Shown piece by piece: positions 49,964 to 60,981 of a DNA stretch of 64,000 nucleotides. How positions within the stretch are numbered: the first letter of the stretch is position 1; every line of letters starts with the position of its first letter. The notes under the pieces are model-generated. The model made no database searches. It was not told the origin of the DNA and worked only from the letters and a program-made list of their open reading frames with translations. Origin of the DNA: an uncultured Actinomycetes bacterium (GTDB lineage Bacteria; Actinomycetota; UBA4738; HRBIN12); NCBI GenBank assembly GCA_963704725.1, contig OY969934.1, forward strand, positions 1,536,001 through 1,600,000, in the 5' to 3' direction. The position numbers were made by a program, and so were the translations under genes.

Positions 49964-51337
49964 GTGACGGCGATGGCACAAGCGGCGCTGCCGAAGGCGG
50001 CCGCGCTCGACGGTGGGCCGGGCAGCTCCGCGCTCCGCAGCGAGCGATCGATCGCCATCATCCGGATCGCCATCGTCGGCGTCGTGATGTGGATCTACTT
50101 CAGCTCCCTCGGCATCCGCCGCCCGCTCGGTCCCGAGGCGATCGTGATCCTCGGGCTGGCCGGGCTGTACGGGGTGGTCACGCTCCTGGCGCTCATCGGC
50201 GACCAGCTGCCGTCGATCCGGGCGCGGCTCGTCACCCTGGTCGTCGACATCCTCCTGATCACGATCTGGGTCCAATCGACGGGCGGCCCTCGGAGCGAGT
50301 TCTGGACGCTGTATCTGATCGTGGTCGTCTCGGCCGCCCTCCGGTTCCGATTGATCGAGACGCTCGCCGTGGCGCTCGGCGTCACCGTGCTGCACCTGTC
50401 GGTCACGTTCGCCCAGGACGGCGGGCTCTCGAGCGCCCAGCTCATCTACCGGCCGGCGCTGATGATCGCGACCGGGTTCGCGGTGGGGGTCCTCGCCTAC
50501 CAGCGCGCCGTCCATCGGCGTGAGCGGAACGTGCTCGAGGCCTTGGCCCAGAGCCGGGGGCAGGAGCTCGGGCAGGAGCGCGCGGAGGTCGAGCGCCTTC
50601 GCCGGGTGGACCTCAAGCGCTCCGAGTTCGTGGCGGTTGCGGCGCACGAGTTCCGAACGCCGCTCGCGGCGGTGATCGGCGTCCTCAGCACGCTGAAGAC
50701 GCACGCGAACGCCCTCGAGGAGGACGTGAGGAACGAGCTGATCGAGGGGGCGCAGGCCCAGGCCGAGCGGCTGGCCCGCCTCGTCGACGACCTCCTCACC
50801 GCGTCGCGGATCGAGGACGGCGTCCTCCGGCTCCACCCGGAGCGGGTGAAGCCCCGGGTGCTGCTCGCGGACGCCGAGCGGGCCTCCGGCACCATGGACC
50901 GGGTCCAGGTGGAGCTGCACCGTGTGGATCCCGTCGTGTGCGACGCGGACGCCATCGTCCGCGTGCTGACGAACCTGCTGGACAACGCGAAGAAGTACTC
51001 GCCCGAGGACGCCCCGATCGTCATCTCGGTCTCGCAGGATGCCGACGCGGTGCGCTTCGCCGTCCGCGACGCGGGTCCCGGCGTGAGCGAGGAGGATCGG
51101 GAGACCGTCTTCGAGCGGTTCCGGCGCCTCGGCGGGAACGGGAAGCCGGGAGCCGGGCTCGGCCTGTACATCACCCGCGGGCTCGTCGAGGCGCACGGCG
51201 GCGTGGTCACGGTGGGCGATGCCCCCGAGGGCGGCGCCGAGTTCGCCTTCACGCTGCCCAGGTGGGTCGACTCGAGCGCCTCCGTCCCGCGACAGGGTGT
51301 GACCGCGATCACGGCGGCCGCCTCCCGGGGTCTGTAG
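49964..51337 (+). CDS. Membrane sensor histidine kinase (orphan)
   Basis: Five to six TM helices; AHEFRTP, NLLDNAKKYS, DAGPGV, GAGLGL. Confidence 0.9.
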   Translation: MTAMAQAALPKAAALDGGPGSSALRSERSIAIIRIAIVGVVMWIYFSSLGIRRPLGPEAIVILGLAGLYGVVTLLALIGDQLPSIRARLVTLVVDILLITIWVQSTGGPRSEFWTLYLIVVVSAALRFRLIETLAVALGVTVLHLSVTFAQDGGLSSAQLIYRPALMIATGFAVGVLAYQRAVHRRERNVLEALAQSRGQELGQERAEVERLRRVDLKRSEFVAVAAHEFRTPLAAVIGVLSTLKTHANALEEDVRNELIEGAQAQAERLARLVDDLLTASRIEDGVLRLHPERVKPRVLLADAERASGTMDRVQVELHRVDPVVCDADAIVRVLTNLLDNAKKYSPEDAPIVISVSQDADAVRFAVRDAGPGVSEEDRETVFERFRRLGGNGKPGAGLGLYITRGLVEAHGGVVTVGDAPEGGAEFAFTLPRWVDSSASVPRQGVTAITAAASRGL

Positions 51338-51382
51338 CCTCCGACCCCGGTCCGCTCGTCCCCCCTCGCATCGGAGGCGCGT

Positions 51383-52000
51383 GTGTCGGGGGAGCCCATC
51401 CGCGAACGTCTGTCGTCGCTCTCGCGCGGTGAGCTGATCGGGATCGTCGTGGTCGCGGCGGTCACCGTGCTGGGCGCGGGGCTGTGGTACGTGCGCTCGC
51501 TCCCCAGGCCCGTGGCGGTTCGCGCGGACGGCGGCGCCCCGGCTGCGGCCGTGGCCTCGTCGTCGACCTCGCCCGCCCCCGCCCCGATCCTCGTCGACGT
51601 GGCCGGGTGGGTCCGCAGGCCCGGCGTGTACGAGTTCTCGACCGGCGACCGCGTGATCGACGCGCTCGAGGCGGCCGGCGGCGCCCGGCCGGGCGCCGAG
51701 CTCGATGCCCTGAACCTCGCGGCCCCCCTCGCCGACGGTACGCAGATCCTCGTCCCGAAGGAGGGGGCCGCGCCGCCGGCCGCATCGGCGCCGGGCTCGA
51801 CATCCGCCGGCCTCATCAACGTGAACAGCGCGACGGCCACGGAGCTCGAGGCGCTCCCCGGCGTCGGCGAGGTCATCGCCCAGGCCATCGTGGACTACCG
51901 CACGGAGAACGGCCCCTTCGCGTCCGTCGACGAGCTCCTCGACGTGAGCGGCATCGGCGACGCCACGCTCGAGAACATCCGGGACCTGGTGACGGTCTGA
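51383..52000 (+). CDS. comEA: Competence DNA-binding protein ComEA
   Basis: TM; SLBB (VDVAGWVRRPGVY...RVIDALEAAGG...NLA...DG); HhH (ININSAT-like, LPGVG, GPF, VSGIG). Confidence 0.9.
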   Translation: MSGEPIRERLSSLSRGELIGIVVVAAVTVLGAGLWYVRSLPRPVAVRADGGAPAAAVASSSTSPAPAPILVDVAGWVRRPGVYEFSTGDRVIDALEAAGGARPGAELDALNLAAPLADGTQILVPKEGAAPPAASAPGSTSAGLINVNSATATELEALPGVGEVIAQAIVDYRTENGPFASVDELLDVSGIGDATLENIRDLVTV

Positions 52001-54381
52001 GCGGCTGGCTGCTGCCGGGTCTGGCGAGCGGGATGTGGCTCGGGTTGCTCGCCCGGCCCATCGCCGGGGAGTGGCTCCCGGTCCCGATGTGGCTCGCGCT
52101 CTCGCTCGCCGCGTTCGTCGCCGCGGCGGCGCTCGCGCCCGGGCGATCCCCGGACGGGGACCCGCTCGAGCCGCTCGAGCGGGCGCCGGGCGACCCGAGG
52201 ATCGGCGCGGTGGCGCCCCCGCCGCTCGCCTCGCGCCGAGCCCCGCCGGCCGTCGCGGCGTGCCTCGCGCTGGCGGGGGCGCTCCTGCTCGGCGTGGGCT
52301 GGGGCGGCGCGCATGCGCACCGGATCCAGGGCGCCTACCTCGCGCGGATCGCGCCGGCCAGGGTCGAGATCGACGGGGTGCTGCGGACGGATCCGTCGGT
52401 CGACGCCCACGGGTGGTCGGCGCAGCTCGATGCCCGCGTGGTGCGCGACGGCACCGGCGTCGCCGCCGTTCGCGAGTCCGTGTGGGTGAGCGGCGAGGAC
52501 GCCGCTCCCCCCGCCGTTCGGGGCGACCGCGTGCGGGTCTCGGGACGCCTCCTCGTCCCCGACGACCCGGGCTTCGGCACGTTCCTGCTCCAGCACGGGC
52601 TCGTCGCCGAGCTCGAGGCCGACGAGGCGGTGCGACTCGGGCCGTCGGACTTCGCGCCGGTGCGGTGGGCGCAGTCGTTCCGACGGCTGGTGGGATCCTC
52701 GATCGGGTCGCTGTTCCCGCCGCGCGAGGCCGGCCTGCTGATGGGGCTGGCCCTCGGGGACGACTCGCGGCTGGACCCCGCCGTCGAGCGCGACTTCCGG
52801 GCGAGCGGGCTCTCGCACATGCTCGTGGTCTCCGGAGAGAACGTCGCCATGGTCCTGGCGCCGATGCTGGCGCTCGGCTCGCTGCTCCGCCTGTCCCGGT
52901 GGCCGAGGTTCGCGCTGGGGCTGGGCACGGTCGTGTTCTTCGTGGTGCTCACCGGGGCGGAGCCGTCGGTCCTTCGAGCCGGCGTGATGGCCGGCCTCAC
53001 GCTGCTGGGCGTCTTCCTCGGCCGCCCCCGGAGCACGGCCACCGTGCTGTCGGCGGCCGTGTTCGGGCTCCTCGTCATCGATCCGGCGCTCGTGTGGTCG
53101 GTGGGGTTCCAGCTCTCGGTCGGCGCCACCGCCTCGATGCTCGCGCTGGCCACGCCCTTCGCCGAGCGCCTCCCGTTCCTGCCGAAGGCCCTCGCGCTCG
53201 CCACCGGGGCCACGCTCGCCGCCCAGATCGGCGTCACCCCCATCCTGCTGTACCACTTTCACGAGGTCCCGCTGTCGACGGTCGTGGCCAACGTCCTCGC
53301 GTTCCCCGCCGTGTCGCCGGCGCTGCTCGTCGGGCTCGCCGCCGCGGCGACCGGCCTGGCCTGGGAGCCCCTGGGTCGGCTCCTCGCCGGCGTGGCCCAG
53401 GTGCCGATGCGCTACCTCGAACTGCTCGCCGACCGGGCGGCCCGGTCGCCGATCCCGTGGATCACGGGAGGCGGGGTGCCGAGCCTGCTCCTGGGGCTGT
53501 CCGCCGCGGCCGGTCTGGCCTGGTGGATCCGCTCGGGACGGCGCCCGCCCCGCGCGGCGATCGTCGCCGGGGTCGCGCTCGTGCCCCTCGTCGTGTGGAC
53601 GAGCGCGCTGTCGGCCGGCCCTCCCCGGGGGCTGTCCGTCCGGTTCTTCGACGTGGGGCAGGGGGACTCGGCGCTGCTCACCTCGCCGGGCGGGGTGGCG
53701 ATCCTCGTCGACGGCGGTCCCGATCCCGCCCAGATGGCGACGGAGCTCGCCGCCGTGGGGGTCCGTCGGCTCGACGTCGTCGTCGCGAGCCATCCGCACG
53801 CCGACCACATCGTCGGGCTCCCCGAGGTGCTCGCGCGGTTCCCGGTGGCGCTCCTGCTCGAGCCGGGGTGCGCCGAGGACTCGCCGGACGCCGCGGCGCT
53901 GGCGGAGGCGGTCCAGTCGGAGCACGTACCGGTACGCCACCCGCGAGCGGGGGACGTCCTGGTGGTAGGGGACGTCCGCCTGGACGTCCTATCGCCCGAC
54001 CGGTGCTGGCACGACACGGAGTCGGACACGAACAACGACGCCATCGTGCTCCGCGCCAGCCTGGGCGAGGACACGGTGCTGTTCGCCACCGAGCCGGAGG
54101 AGCCGGCGCAGCAGGTGCTCCTGGACGACGGGGTCGATCTCACGGCCGACGTGCTGAAGGTCCCGCATCACGGCGCGGCGACGTCCCTCGAGCCCTTCTT
54201 CCAGGCCGTGCACGCCGCCGTCGCCGTCGTCAGCGTCGGCCCCAACACCTACGGCCACCCCGTTCCCGAGGTGCTCGACGAGATCCGGGCGACGGGGGCC
54301 GAGGTGGTACGGACCGATCGCGGGGGCGACGTGATCCTGACGTTCTCGGACGACGGGCTCGTGATCGACCGCGGGGGGTGA
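51997..54381 (+). CDS. comEC: Competence protein ComEC/Rec2 with metallo-beta-lactamase domain; start uncertain (CTG 51997 or ATG 52033)
   Basis: FRASGLSHMLVVSGEN, PSVLRAGVM, GFQLS, DVGQGD, SHPHADH, KVPHHG, NTYGHP, RTD. Confidence 0.9.
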   Translation: MSGWLLPGLASGMWLGLLARPIAGEWLPVPMWLALSLAAFVAAAALAPGRSPDGDPLEPLERAPGDPRIGAVAPPPLASRRAPPAVAACLALAGALLLGVGWGGAHAHRIQGAYLARIAPARVEIDGVLRTDPSVDAHGWSAQLDARVVRDGTGVAAVRESVWVSGEDAAPPAVRGDRVRVSGRLLVPDDPGFGTFLLQHGLVAELEADEAVRLGPSDFAPVRWAQSFRRLVGSSIGSLFPPREAGLLMGLALGDDSRLDPAVERDFRASGLSHMLVVSGENVAMVLAPMLALGSLLRLSRWPRFALGLGTVVFFVVLTGAEPSVLRAGVMAGLTLLGVFLGRPRSTATVLSAAVFGLLVIDPALVWSVGFQLSVGATASMLALATPFAERLPFLPKALALATGATLAAQIGVTPILLYHFHEVPLSTVVANVLAFPAVSPALLVGLAAAATGLAWEPLGRLLAGVAQVPMRYLELLADRAARSPIPWITGGGVPSLLLGLSAAAGLAWWIRSGRRPPRAAIVAGVALVPLVVWTSALSAGPPRGLSVRFFDVGQGDSALLTSPGGVAILVDGGPDPAQMATELAAVGVRRLDVVVASHPHADHIVGLPEVLARFPVALLLEPGCAEDSPDAAALAEAVQSEHVPVRHPRAGDVLVVGDVRLDVLSPDRCWHDTESDTNNDAIVLRASLGEDTVLFATEPEEPAQQVLLDDGVDLTADVLKVPHHGAATSLEPFFQAVHAAVAVVSVGPNTYGHPVPEVLDEIRATGAEVVRTDRGGDVILTFSDDGLVIDRGG

Positions 54382-54423
54382 CGGAGGCCTCCCGGGTCGG
54401 CGCCGGCCCGTAGACTCCGCCTC

Positions 54424-55389
54424 GTGACGCCGACGAAGGCCGCGAAGTCGAGCGTGCACCTCCTGTGGGGCGAGGACCCGTTCCTGCTCCGCGAGGCGGC
54501 CCTCGGCCTCCTCGGGGAGGTCCGGGCCCGGGAGGTCGACGGGGCCGAGTGGCAGGGCGGCGAGACGGCCGACCTGGCCACCCCCTCGCTGTTCGGGGAG
54601 GCGCGGGCCCTCCTGGTCTCCAACGCCAAGGCCCTTCCCGACGAGGGCATTCGAGAGCTCCGCGGCTATCTCGGCTCGCCGGATCCCGACGCGATGCTCG
54701 TGATCACCGCGGTCGTGGGGGAGCGGGCCAAGGCGCCGGCCGCGCTCGTCAAGCTCGTCCAGGGCGCCGGCCACGTCACCGAGGTCAAGGTGACGCGCAA
54801 GGACCTCCCCGGCTGGGTGATGCAGCGGGCCAAGGCCAAGGACCGGAACCTGGCACCGGAGGGTGCGGCCGCCCTCGTGGAGACACTGGGTGAGGATCCC
54901 GCGGCCATCGACCAGGCTCTCGACCAGCTCGGCTCGGCGTTCCCCGCCGAGCGGATCACGGCGGAGCTCGTGGCCCGTCAGTTCCGCGGGCTCGGCGAGC
55001 AGCACATCTGGGATCTGTGCGACCGGGCGTTCGGCCGCGACCTCCCCGGCGCGATGCGCTCACTGCGGACCCTGCTCGAGGCCCGTGGCGGGGAGGGCCT
55101 GATGATCCTCGGGGGGATCGCGTCGCGGCTGCGCGACCTGATGCGCGTGCGCTCGCTGCCGGAGCGTGCCCCCGCCGCCGAGGTGGCAAGGATGGCCGGC
55201 CTCAGGTTCGAGTGGCAGGGGCGTCGGTACCGGGAGCAGGCCGCGCGCTTCACGCTCGAGGAGCTCGCGGGGATCCACGACCAGGTGGTGTGGGCCGACC
55301 GCGCCCTGAAGTCGGGGGCCACGGAGGACGTGGTGCTCCCGATGGTGATCGCCGCGATCGCCGGCGGCGTGCCGGCGGGGGTGCGGTAG
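54424..55389 (+). CDS. holA: DNA polymerase III delta subunit
   Basis: LLWGEDPFL, TPSLFG, ADRALKSG; conserved comEC-holA-rpsT order. Confidence 0.85.
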   Translation: MTPTKAAKSSVHLLWGEDPFLLREAALGLLGEVRAREVDGAEWQGGETADLATPSLFGEARALLVSNAKALPDEGIRELRGYLGSPDPDAMLVITAVVGERAKAPAALVKLVQGAGHVTEVKVTRKDLPGWVMQRAKAKDRNLAPEGAAALVETLGEDPAAIDQALDQLGSAFPAERITAELVARQFRGLGEQHIWDLCDRAFGRDLPGAMRSLRTLLEARGGEGLMILGGIASRLRDLMRVRSLPERAPAAEVARMAGLRFEWQGRRYREQAARFTLEELAGIHDQVVWADRALKSGATEDVVLPMVIAAIAGGVPAGVR

Positions 55390-55665
55390 CTACTCGGCCG
55401 GGGCGGCCGCGCGGTTCGCGGCCCTGGCCAGCCGGGACTTGTGCCGGGCGGCGGTGCGCTTGTGGACGACGCCCTTGGACGCGGCCCGGTCGAACGCGCG
55501 TCCCGCCTCGCGGGCCCGGGCCTGCGCCGCCTCGGCGTCGCCCTCGGCCACCGCGACGGCGACCTTCTTCGACGCCGTCTTCAGCGAGGTCCGTGCGGCC
55601 TTGTTGCGCTGGTGGGCCTTCTCGTTCTGTTTGTTCCGCTTGATCTGGGACTTGATGTTCGCCAT
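55390..55665 (-). CDS. rpsT: 30S ribosomal protein S20
   Basis: [16 protein letters not shown]...[21 protein letters not shown]. Confidence 0.96.
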   Translation of the reverse strand: MANIKSQIKRNKQNEKAHQRNKAARTSLKTASKKVAVAVAEGDAEAAQARAREAGRAFDRAASKGVVHKRTAARHKSRLARAANRAAAPAE

Positions 55666-55746
55666 GAGCGACCGAGTCTACCAGCGCGCTTGCCGCGGCC
55701 CGGCCGCCGAGGTACCCGCGCGGGCGGCCCGTACGATAGGCGGGCC

Positions 55747-57570
55747 GTGACCGATCTCGACCGCATCCGGAACTTCTGCATCATCGCCCACATCGACCAC
55801 GGGAAGTCCACCCTGGCCGATCGGCTGCTCGAGCTCACGCACGCCGTCGCCGACCGCGACATGCGCGAGCAGTACCTGGACAAGATGGACCTGGAGCGCG
55901 AGCGAGGGATCACGATCAAGGCCCAGGCCGTCCGGCTCACCTACCGGGTCGGGGGCGTCGATTTCGAGCTGAACCTGATCGACACCCCCGGGCACGTCGA
56001 CTTCACCTACGAGGTCTCGCGCTCGCTCGCGGCGTGCGAGGGGGCGGTGCTCCTGGTGGACGCGGCGCAGGGGATCGAGGCCCAGACCCTCGCCAACTTC
56101 CACCTGGCTCGCGACGCCGGGCTCGAGATCGTGCCCGCGCTGAACAAGATCGACCTCCCCCAGGCCGACGTGGCCGAGACCGGGCGCGAGCTGGCCGAGC
56201 TCGTGGGCTGCCCGCCGGAGGACGTGCTCGCGGTCTCGGGCAAGACCGGCGCCGGCGTGACCGAGCTGCTCGAGCGGGTGATCGAGCGCGTCCCGGCCCC
56301 CTCGGGAGGGCGGGACAAGCCGCTGCGGGCGCTGATCTTCGACTCGAGCTTCGACGCGTACCGAGGGGTCGTGGCGTACCTCCGCGTGGCCGACGGGACG
56401 CTGCGCTCGCGGGCGGAGCTCAAGTCGTTGGCGACGGGCCGGGTGTGGGAGGCCGAGGAGGCCGGGATCTTCGCGCCCGAGGCCATCCCCGTCCCCAAGC
56501 TCGAGGCGGGCGAAGTGGGGTACCTCATCACCGGGCTCAAGAACGTCCACCAGGTGAAGGTGGGCGACACGATCACGACCGCCGGCAAGCACGGCGCGAA
56601 GGAGCTGCTGCCCGGGTACCGCGAGCCGCTCCCCATGGTGTGGAGCGGCCTGTTCCCGGCGGAGGGAGGGGACTACTCGGAGCTCCGGGACGCGCTCGAC
56701 AAGCTGAAGCTGAACGACGCCGCGCTCGCGTACGAGCCCGAGACCTCGCAGGCGCTCGGGTTCGGCTTCCGGTGCGGGTTCCTCGGACTGCTGCACATGG
56801 ACATCGTGAAGGAGCGGCTGGAGCGCGAGTTCGGCCTCGAGCTCATCGCCACGGCGCCGAACGTCGAGTTCCACGTGGTCCGCGGCGACGAGACGATCGT
56901 CGTGCACAACCCCAGCGAGATGCCGCAGCCGGGCACGTACGACCACGTCGAGGAGCCGGTCGTGCTCGCCACGATCATCACGCCGAGCGACTACCTCGGT
57001 CCCGTGCTCGAGCTCTGCCAGGCCCGGCGCGGGGAGCTCGTCGATATGAGCTACCTCTCGCCCGAGCGCGCCGAGGTCCACTACAAGCTGCCGCTGGCCG
57101 AGATCATCTTCGACTTCTTCGACCAGCTGAAGTCGCGGACCCGCGGCTACGCGTCGCTCGACTACGAGCCGATGGGGTACGAGGAGAGCCAGCTCGTCCG
57201 GGTCGACGTCCTGTTGCACGGCGAGGCGGTCGACGCGTTCTCGAGCGTCGTCCATCGGGAGAAGGCGGCGCAGTACGGCCGCCAGATGGTCGAGCGCCTG
57301 CGCGAGCTCATCCCGCGCCAGCTCTTCGACGTGGCGATCCAGGCCTCGATCGGCTCGCGCATCGTGGCGCGGGAGACCGTGAAGGCCAAGCGCAAGGACG
57401 TGCTGGCCAAGTGCTACGGCGGCGACATCACGCGCAAGCGCAAGCTCCTCGAGCAGCAGAAGAAGGGCAAGGCGCGTCTGCGCCGCGTCGGCCGGGTCGA
57501 CGTGCCGCAGGAGGCGTTCATCGCCGCGCTCCGCGTCGACCAACGGGCCCAGGCGGAGGGCAAGCGGTGA
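55747..57570 (+). CDS. lepA: Elongation factor 4
   Basis: [66 protein letters not shown] start 55747. Confidence 0.97.
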   Translation: MTDLDRIRNFCIIAHIDHGKSTLADRLLELTHAVADRDMREQYLDKMDLERERGITIKAQAVRLTYRVGGVDFELNLIDTPGHVDFTYEVSRSLAACEGAVLLVDAAQGIEAQTLANFHLARDAGLEIVPALNKIDLPQADVAETGRELAELVGCPPEDVLAVSGKTGAGVTELLERVIERVPAPSGGRDKPLRALIFDSSFDAYRGVVAYLRVADGTLRSRAELKSLATGRVWEAEEAGIFAPEAIPVPKLEAGEVGYLITGLKNVHQVKVGDTITTAGKHGAKELLPGYREPLPMVWSGLFPAEGGDYSELRDALDKLKLNDAALAYEPETSQALGFGFRCGFLGLLHMDIVKERLEREFGLELIATAPNVEFHVVRGDETIVVHNPSEMPQPGTYDHVEEPVVLATIITPSDYLGPVLELCQARRGELVDMSYLSPERAEVHYKLPLAEIIFDFFDQLKSRTRGYASLDYEPMGYEESQLVRVDVLLHGEAVDAFSSVVHREKAAQYGRQMVERLRELIPRQLFDVAIQASIGSRIVARETVKAKRKDVLAKCYGGDITRKRKLLEQQKKGKARLRRVGRVDVPQEAFIAALRVDQRAQAEGKR

Positions 57571-58667
57571 CCACCGGGATCTACGTCCACGTGCCGTTCT
57601 GTCTCACGCGATGCGGCTACTGCGACTTCAACGCGTACGCGGGTCTCGATCACCTCGCCGGCAGGTACGTCTCGGCGCTGCTCCGCGAGGCCGAGCTCGC
57701 CGCACCGGCGTGGGCGGCCGACGAGTTCGTGAGCGTCTTCCTCGGCGGGGGAACGCCGACCACACTCGACGTTGCCGACCTCAAGGCGCTCCTCGCGCAT
57801 CTGCGGGGTCGCTTCGCGCTGGCCCCGGACGCCGAGGTCACGATCGAGGCGAACCCCGACACGGTCGACGTCGCCAAGCTCTCCGGCCTGCTGGAGGCGG
57901 GTTACGCCCGGCTCTCGATGGGGGCCCAGTCGTTCGACCGGTCGGTGCTCGCGGCGCTGGAGCGGATCCACGACCCGGACTCGGTCCGCCGGGCGATGCG
58001 GGACGCGCGGGCCGCCGGGTTCGCGAACGTGAACCTGGACCTGATCTACGGCGCGGACGGGGAGGCGCTCGATTCCTGGGAGCGATCGCTCGCCGAGGCG
58101 ATCGACCTCGAGCCCGAGCACGTCAGCGCGTACGCCCTCACGATCGAGCCGTCGACGCCGCTCGGCCGCAAGGTGGAGCGCGGCGTGGTGCCGGCGCCGG
58201 ATCCCGACCTGCAGGCGGACATGTTCGAGCTCGCTTGCGTTTCCCTTGCGGACGCCGGCTACCACCACTACGAGGTCTCGAACTGGGCCAAGCCGGGCTT
58301 CGAATGCGTCCACAACCTCGGCTACTGGGAGCGGCGGCCGTACGTCGGGCTCGGCGCCGGCGCGCACTCGTACCGCGATGATCGCCGATGGTGGAACGTC
58401 CGGCCGCCCGAGGAGTACCTGTTGCTGGTCGAGCGGGGGACGCTCCCCGTCGGCGGCGAGGAACGGCTCGAGCCGAGCGACGCCTACCTCGAGGAGGTGT
58501 TCCTTCGCCTGCGGATCCTCGAGGGCGTGCCGACGAGCTGGATCGAGCCCGCCAAGGCGGCTCCGTTCCTCGAATCCGGCCTCCTCCGAGACGACGCCGG
58601 CGCGCTCGTGCCGACCGAGCGCGGCATGCTCTTGCTCAACGAGCTCGTCCTCGGCCTCGCGAGCTGA
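57567..58667 (+). CDS. hemW: Radical SAM heme chaperone HemW
   Basis: [38 protein letters not shown]. Confidence 0.9.
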   Translation: MTTGIYVHVPFCLTRCGYCDFNAYAGLDHLAGRYVSALLREAELAAPAWAADEFVSVFLGGGTPTTLDVADLKALLAHLRGRFALAPDAEVTIEANPDTVDVAKLSGLLEAGYARLSMGAQSFDRSVLAALERIHDPDSVRRAMRDARAAGFANVNLDLIYGADGEALDSWERSLAEAIDLEPEHVSAYALTIEPSTPLGRKVERGVVPAPDPDLQADMFELACVSLADAGYHHYEVSNWAKPGFECVHNLGYWERRPYVGLGAGAHSYRDDRRWWNVRPPEEYLLLVERGTLPVGGEERLEPSDAYLEEVFLRLRILEGVPTSWIEPAKAAPFLESGLLRDDAGALVPTERGMLLLNELVLGLAS

Positions 58668-58676
58668 GCTCCGCGC

Positions 58677-60455
58677 TCACGGTCCGAGGTTCGATCCGCA
58701 CAGATCCTCGCCGGATCCGAACGTGGGTGTTCCGTCGATGGGCTCGACGAAGTCCGACACCTCGACGACCTGAACCGAACCGTCGCGGAGCGCCAGCGTG
58801 ACGGCGTGCGCGTGCCATTCGCCGTCGGGCGAGTCGTGAGGCCGAGCCTCCGCGGCGGTGGCGACGAGCCCCGGCCCCTCGGGCGCGGGGAGGTCGCCGC
58901 ACGTCAGCGTGTAGAGCTCGAACTCGTCGCCGCCGAGCCACAGGAGAGCCTGCGTCCCGGCCTCGAACCCGCCGGCGGGATCGCCCGGCGGCGCGATCGT
59001 CACCGGTTCGATCGTGACATCGGATCCCCTCGCGACGACGTCGTAGAGGTCCAGGCCGACGACCGCCCCGCCCTGCTGCAACACCAGAAGCTCGGCCGTC
59101 CCGTCGCCGTCGAGGTCCGGTGCCGAGAAGGGCCGGCACTCGAACATGCACGCGATGGGCCCGTACGCGGTCTCGACCCGCCCGTCGCCGTCGAGGTCGA
59201 TCGCGACCACGTTGTCGGCGTTCTCGGGAGCAGGACATCCTCCGACGTCCCCCTTCTTCGTCGCGACGTAGACGGTCGCGTTCGCGTCCGGGGAGACGAA
59301 GGGCGCCTCGATCGTCGAGACGTTGCACACCGGGAACCCGAGCCCGACGTCCCGACCACCTCCGACGGACGGCGTCTCCACCGGCGACGGCTCAGGCGTG
59401 GGCGATCGATCGATCGGCACGACGCTCGGAGCGGATCCCCCGAGCGGATACCAGTCCGGTGAAGGCCCGCTCTCAGAGCCCTCGTCCGTGGCGAGGGCGG
59501 TAAGCCGGCGAGCTCCCGAGCCGTCGGCGTTCATCACCCAGACTCCGTAACGTGAGCATCGGTCGGTCGGGCAGTCCTCGATCGGCGCTCGGTAGGCGAA
59601 CGCGATCGTCGAGCCGTCGGGCGACCAGATCGGATCGAGGTAGGAGCCGGGCTCGGAGCGAACGTGTGTGACTCCGGAACCGTCCGCCGAAGCCACGATC
59701 AGCCCGGCGTCCGCAACGAACACGATCTTCGATCCGTCGGGTGACCAATCCGGCCGCGATCCCATCCCCACCCCGAGGGGCCGGGGATCGGCGTCTGGGT
59801 CCGCCCCCTGAACCATCAAGACTCCCCGGTCGGTGTAGACGAGCTCCGACCCGTCGGGGGACCATGACGGCCAACCGCCTCGAGCGATCCACGTGGTCGT
59901 GACACCATCGGCGTCGACGATGTAGATGGCGTCGTCGGTGTCTCCCTTCGCCGTGAACGCGATGCGCGACCCATCCGGCGACCAGACGGGATCCGTTGCT
60001 CGCAGGTCGCTGAGCAGGCGGAGCCCCGAGCCGTCGGCGTTCATGACGAACAGGCCTCGCTCGCCCTTGCGAGCGAACGCGATCTTGGCCCCATCGGGGG
60101 ACCATGCGGCGGTCTCCGGCTGCCCCACATCGGAGCCGGGGATCCCGCCCAACTCCCCCGTTGCCACGTCGATCGTCAGGAGGCCGAACGGGGAGCCGGG
60201 AGCACGACCCGAGAACATGATCACGCCCTCCGCACCGGCGGCCGGACCCGCCCGGCCCTGCACGAACACGCGGCTCAACGCGTAGACGCCGCCCGCCGTC
60301 GCGATCACGACGAAGACGGCCAATGCCCCCTGTTCGATCCGCAGTCGGAGCCGCCGGCGCTCGCGACGGCGGATCAGGTGCTCGTAGACGCCGCTCGGGT
60401 CGGCGGGGCGGGCGGCGTGCTCCATCTCGCGGTGGAGGCGTTCATCCAGTGCCAC
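58677..60455 (-). CDS. Putative anti-sigma factor: TM anchor + TolB/PD40 beta-propeller + FG-GAP-like calcium-binding C-terminal domain
   Basis: Overlaps the sigma gene; RRRERRR then TM; multiple WSPDG repeats; DLDGDG twice; several Cys. Confidence 0.75.
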   Translation of the reverse strand: MALDERLHREMEHAARPADPSGVYEHLIRRRERRRLRLRIEQGALAVFVVIATAGGVYALSRVFVQGRAGPAAGAEGVIMFSGRAPGSPFGLLTIDVATGELGGIPGSDVGQPETAAWSPDGAKIAFARKGERGLFVMNADGSGLRLLSDLRATDPVWSPDGSRIAFTAKGDTDDAIYIVDADGVTTTWIARGGWPSWSPDGSELVYTDRGVLMVQGADPDADPRPLGVGMGSRPDWSPDGSKIVFVADAGLIVASADGSGVTHVRSEPGSYLDPIWSPDGSTIAFAYRAPIEDCPTDRCSRYGVWVMNADGSGARRLTALATDEGSESGPSPDWYPLGGSAPSVVPIDRSPTPEPSPVETPSVGGGRDVGLGFPVCNVSTIEAPFVSPDANATVYVATKKGDVGGCPAPENADNVVAIDLDGDGRVETAYGPIACMFECRPFSAPDLDGDGTAELLVLQQGGAVVGLDLYDVVARGSDVTIEPVTIAPPGDPAGGFEAGTQALLWLGGDEFELYTLTCGDLPAPEGPGLVATAAEARPHDSPDGEWHAHAVTLALRDGSVQVVEVSDFVEPIDGTPTFGSGEDLCGSNLGP

Positions 60456-60963
60456 GGTCGTTCGCCTCCTCGGTCTCGTGGATGCCGAGCGCGTCGGCCA
60501 GGGTGGTCCGCGCTCGGTGCAGGGTGCTCTTCACGGTCCCCTCGTTGATCCGCAGCGCCGCCGCGACCTCGCGCGTGTCGAGCTGCAGGTAGTAGCGGAG
60601 GACGACGGCTTCTCGCTGGCGGCGGGGGAGCGTCGAGAGCGCCCGGTTCACGTCGATGGCCCGCCCCGCGGCGGCCGCTGGGTCCTCCGTCCAGCCGCGG
60701 GCCCGGAGCCGGGCCTTGGCCCTGCGCTCCGAGCGGAGTCGCCGGAGCCCGCTCCGGGAGAGGTTCATCGCGACCGTCGTCACCCACGCGTTCAGCGACT
60801 CGATCTCCTCGCCCCTCTCGGAACGCTCCCACGCGCGGAGCATGGCCTCCTGCACGGCATCCTCGGCGGCCGCCCGGCTCCCGCTCGCGAGAGCGACGGC
60901 CGCGACCAGGCGTGGATAGCGCGTGTGCAGGAACTCCTGGAGCGCGATCTCGTCGACCCGCAT
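60442..60963 (-). CDS. ECF RNA polymerase sigma factor
   Basis: AAEDAVQEA, AWVTTVAMN, LPRRQREAVVLRYY...EVA...GTVKSTLHRAR; GAGGAGGG RBS. Confidence 0.9.
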   Translation of the reverse strand: MRVDEIALQEFLHTRYPRLVAAVALASGSRAAAEDAVQEAMLRAWERSERGEEIESLNAWVTTVAMNLSRSGLRRLRSERRAKARLRARGWTEDPAAAAGRAIDVNRALSTLPRRQREAVVLRYYLQLDTREVAAALRINEGTVKSTLHRARTTLADALGIHETEEANDRGTG

Positions 60964-60981
60964 GTCCCTCCTCGACGATAG

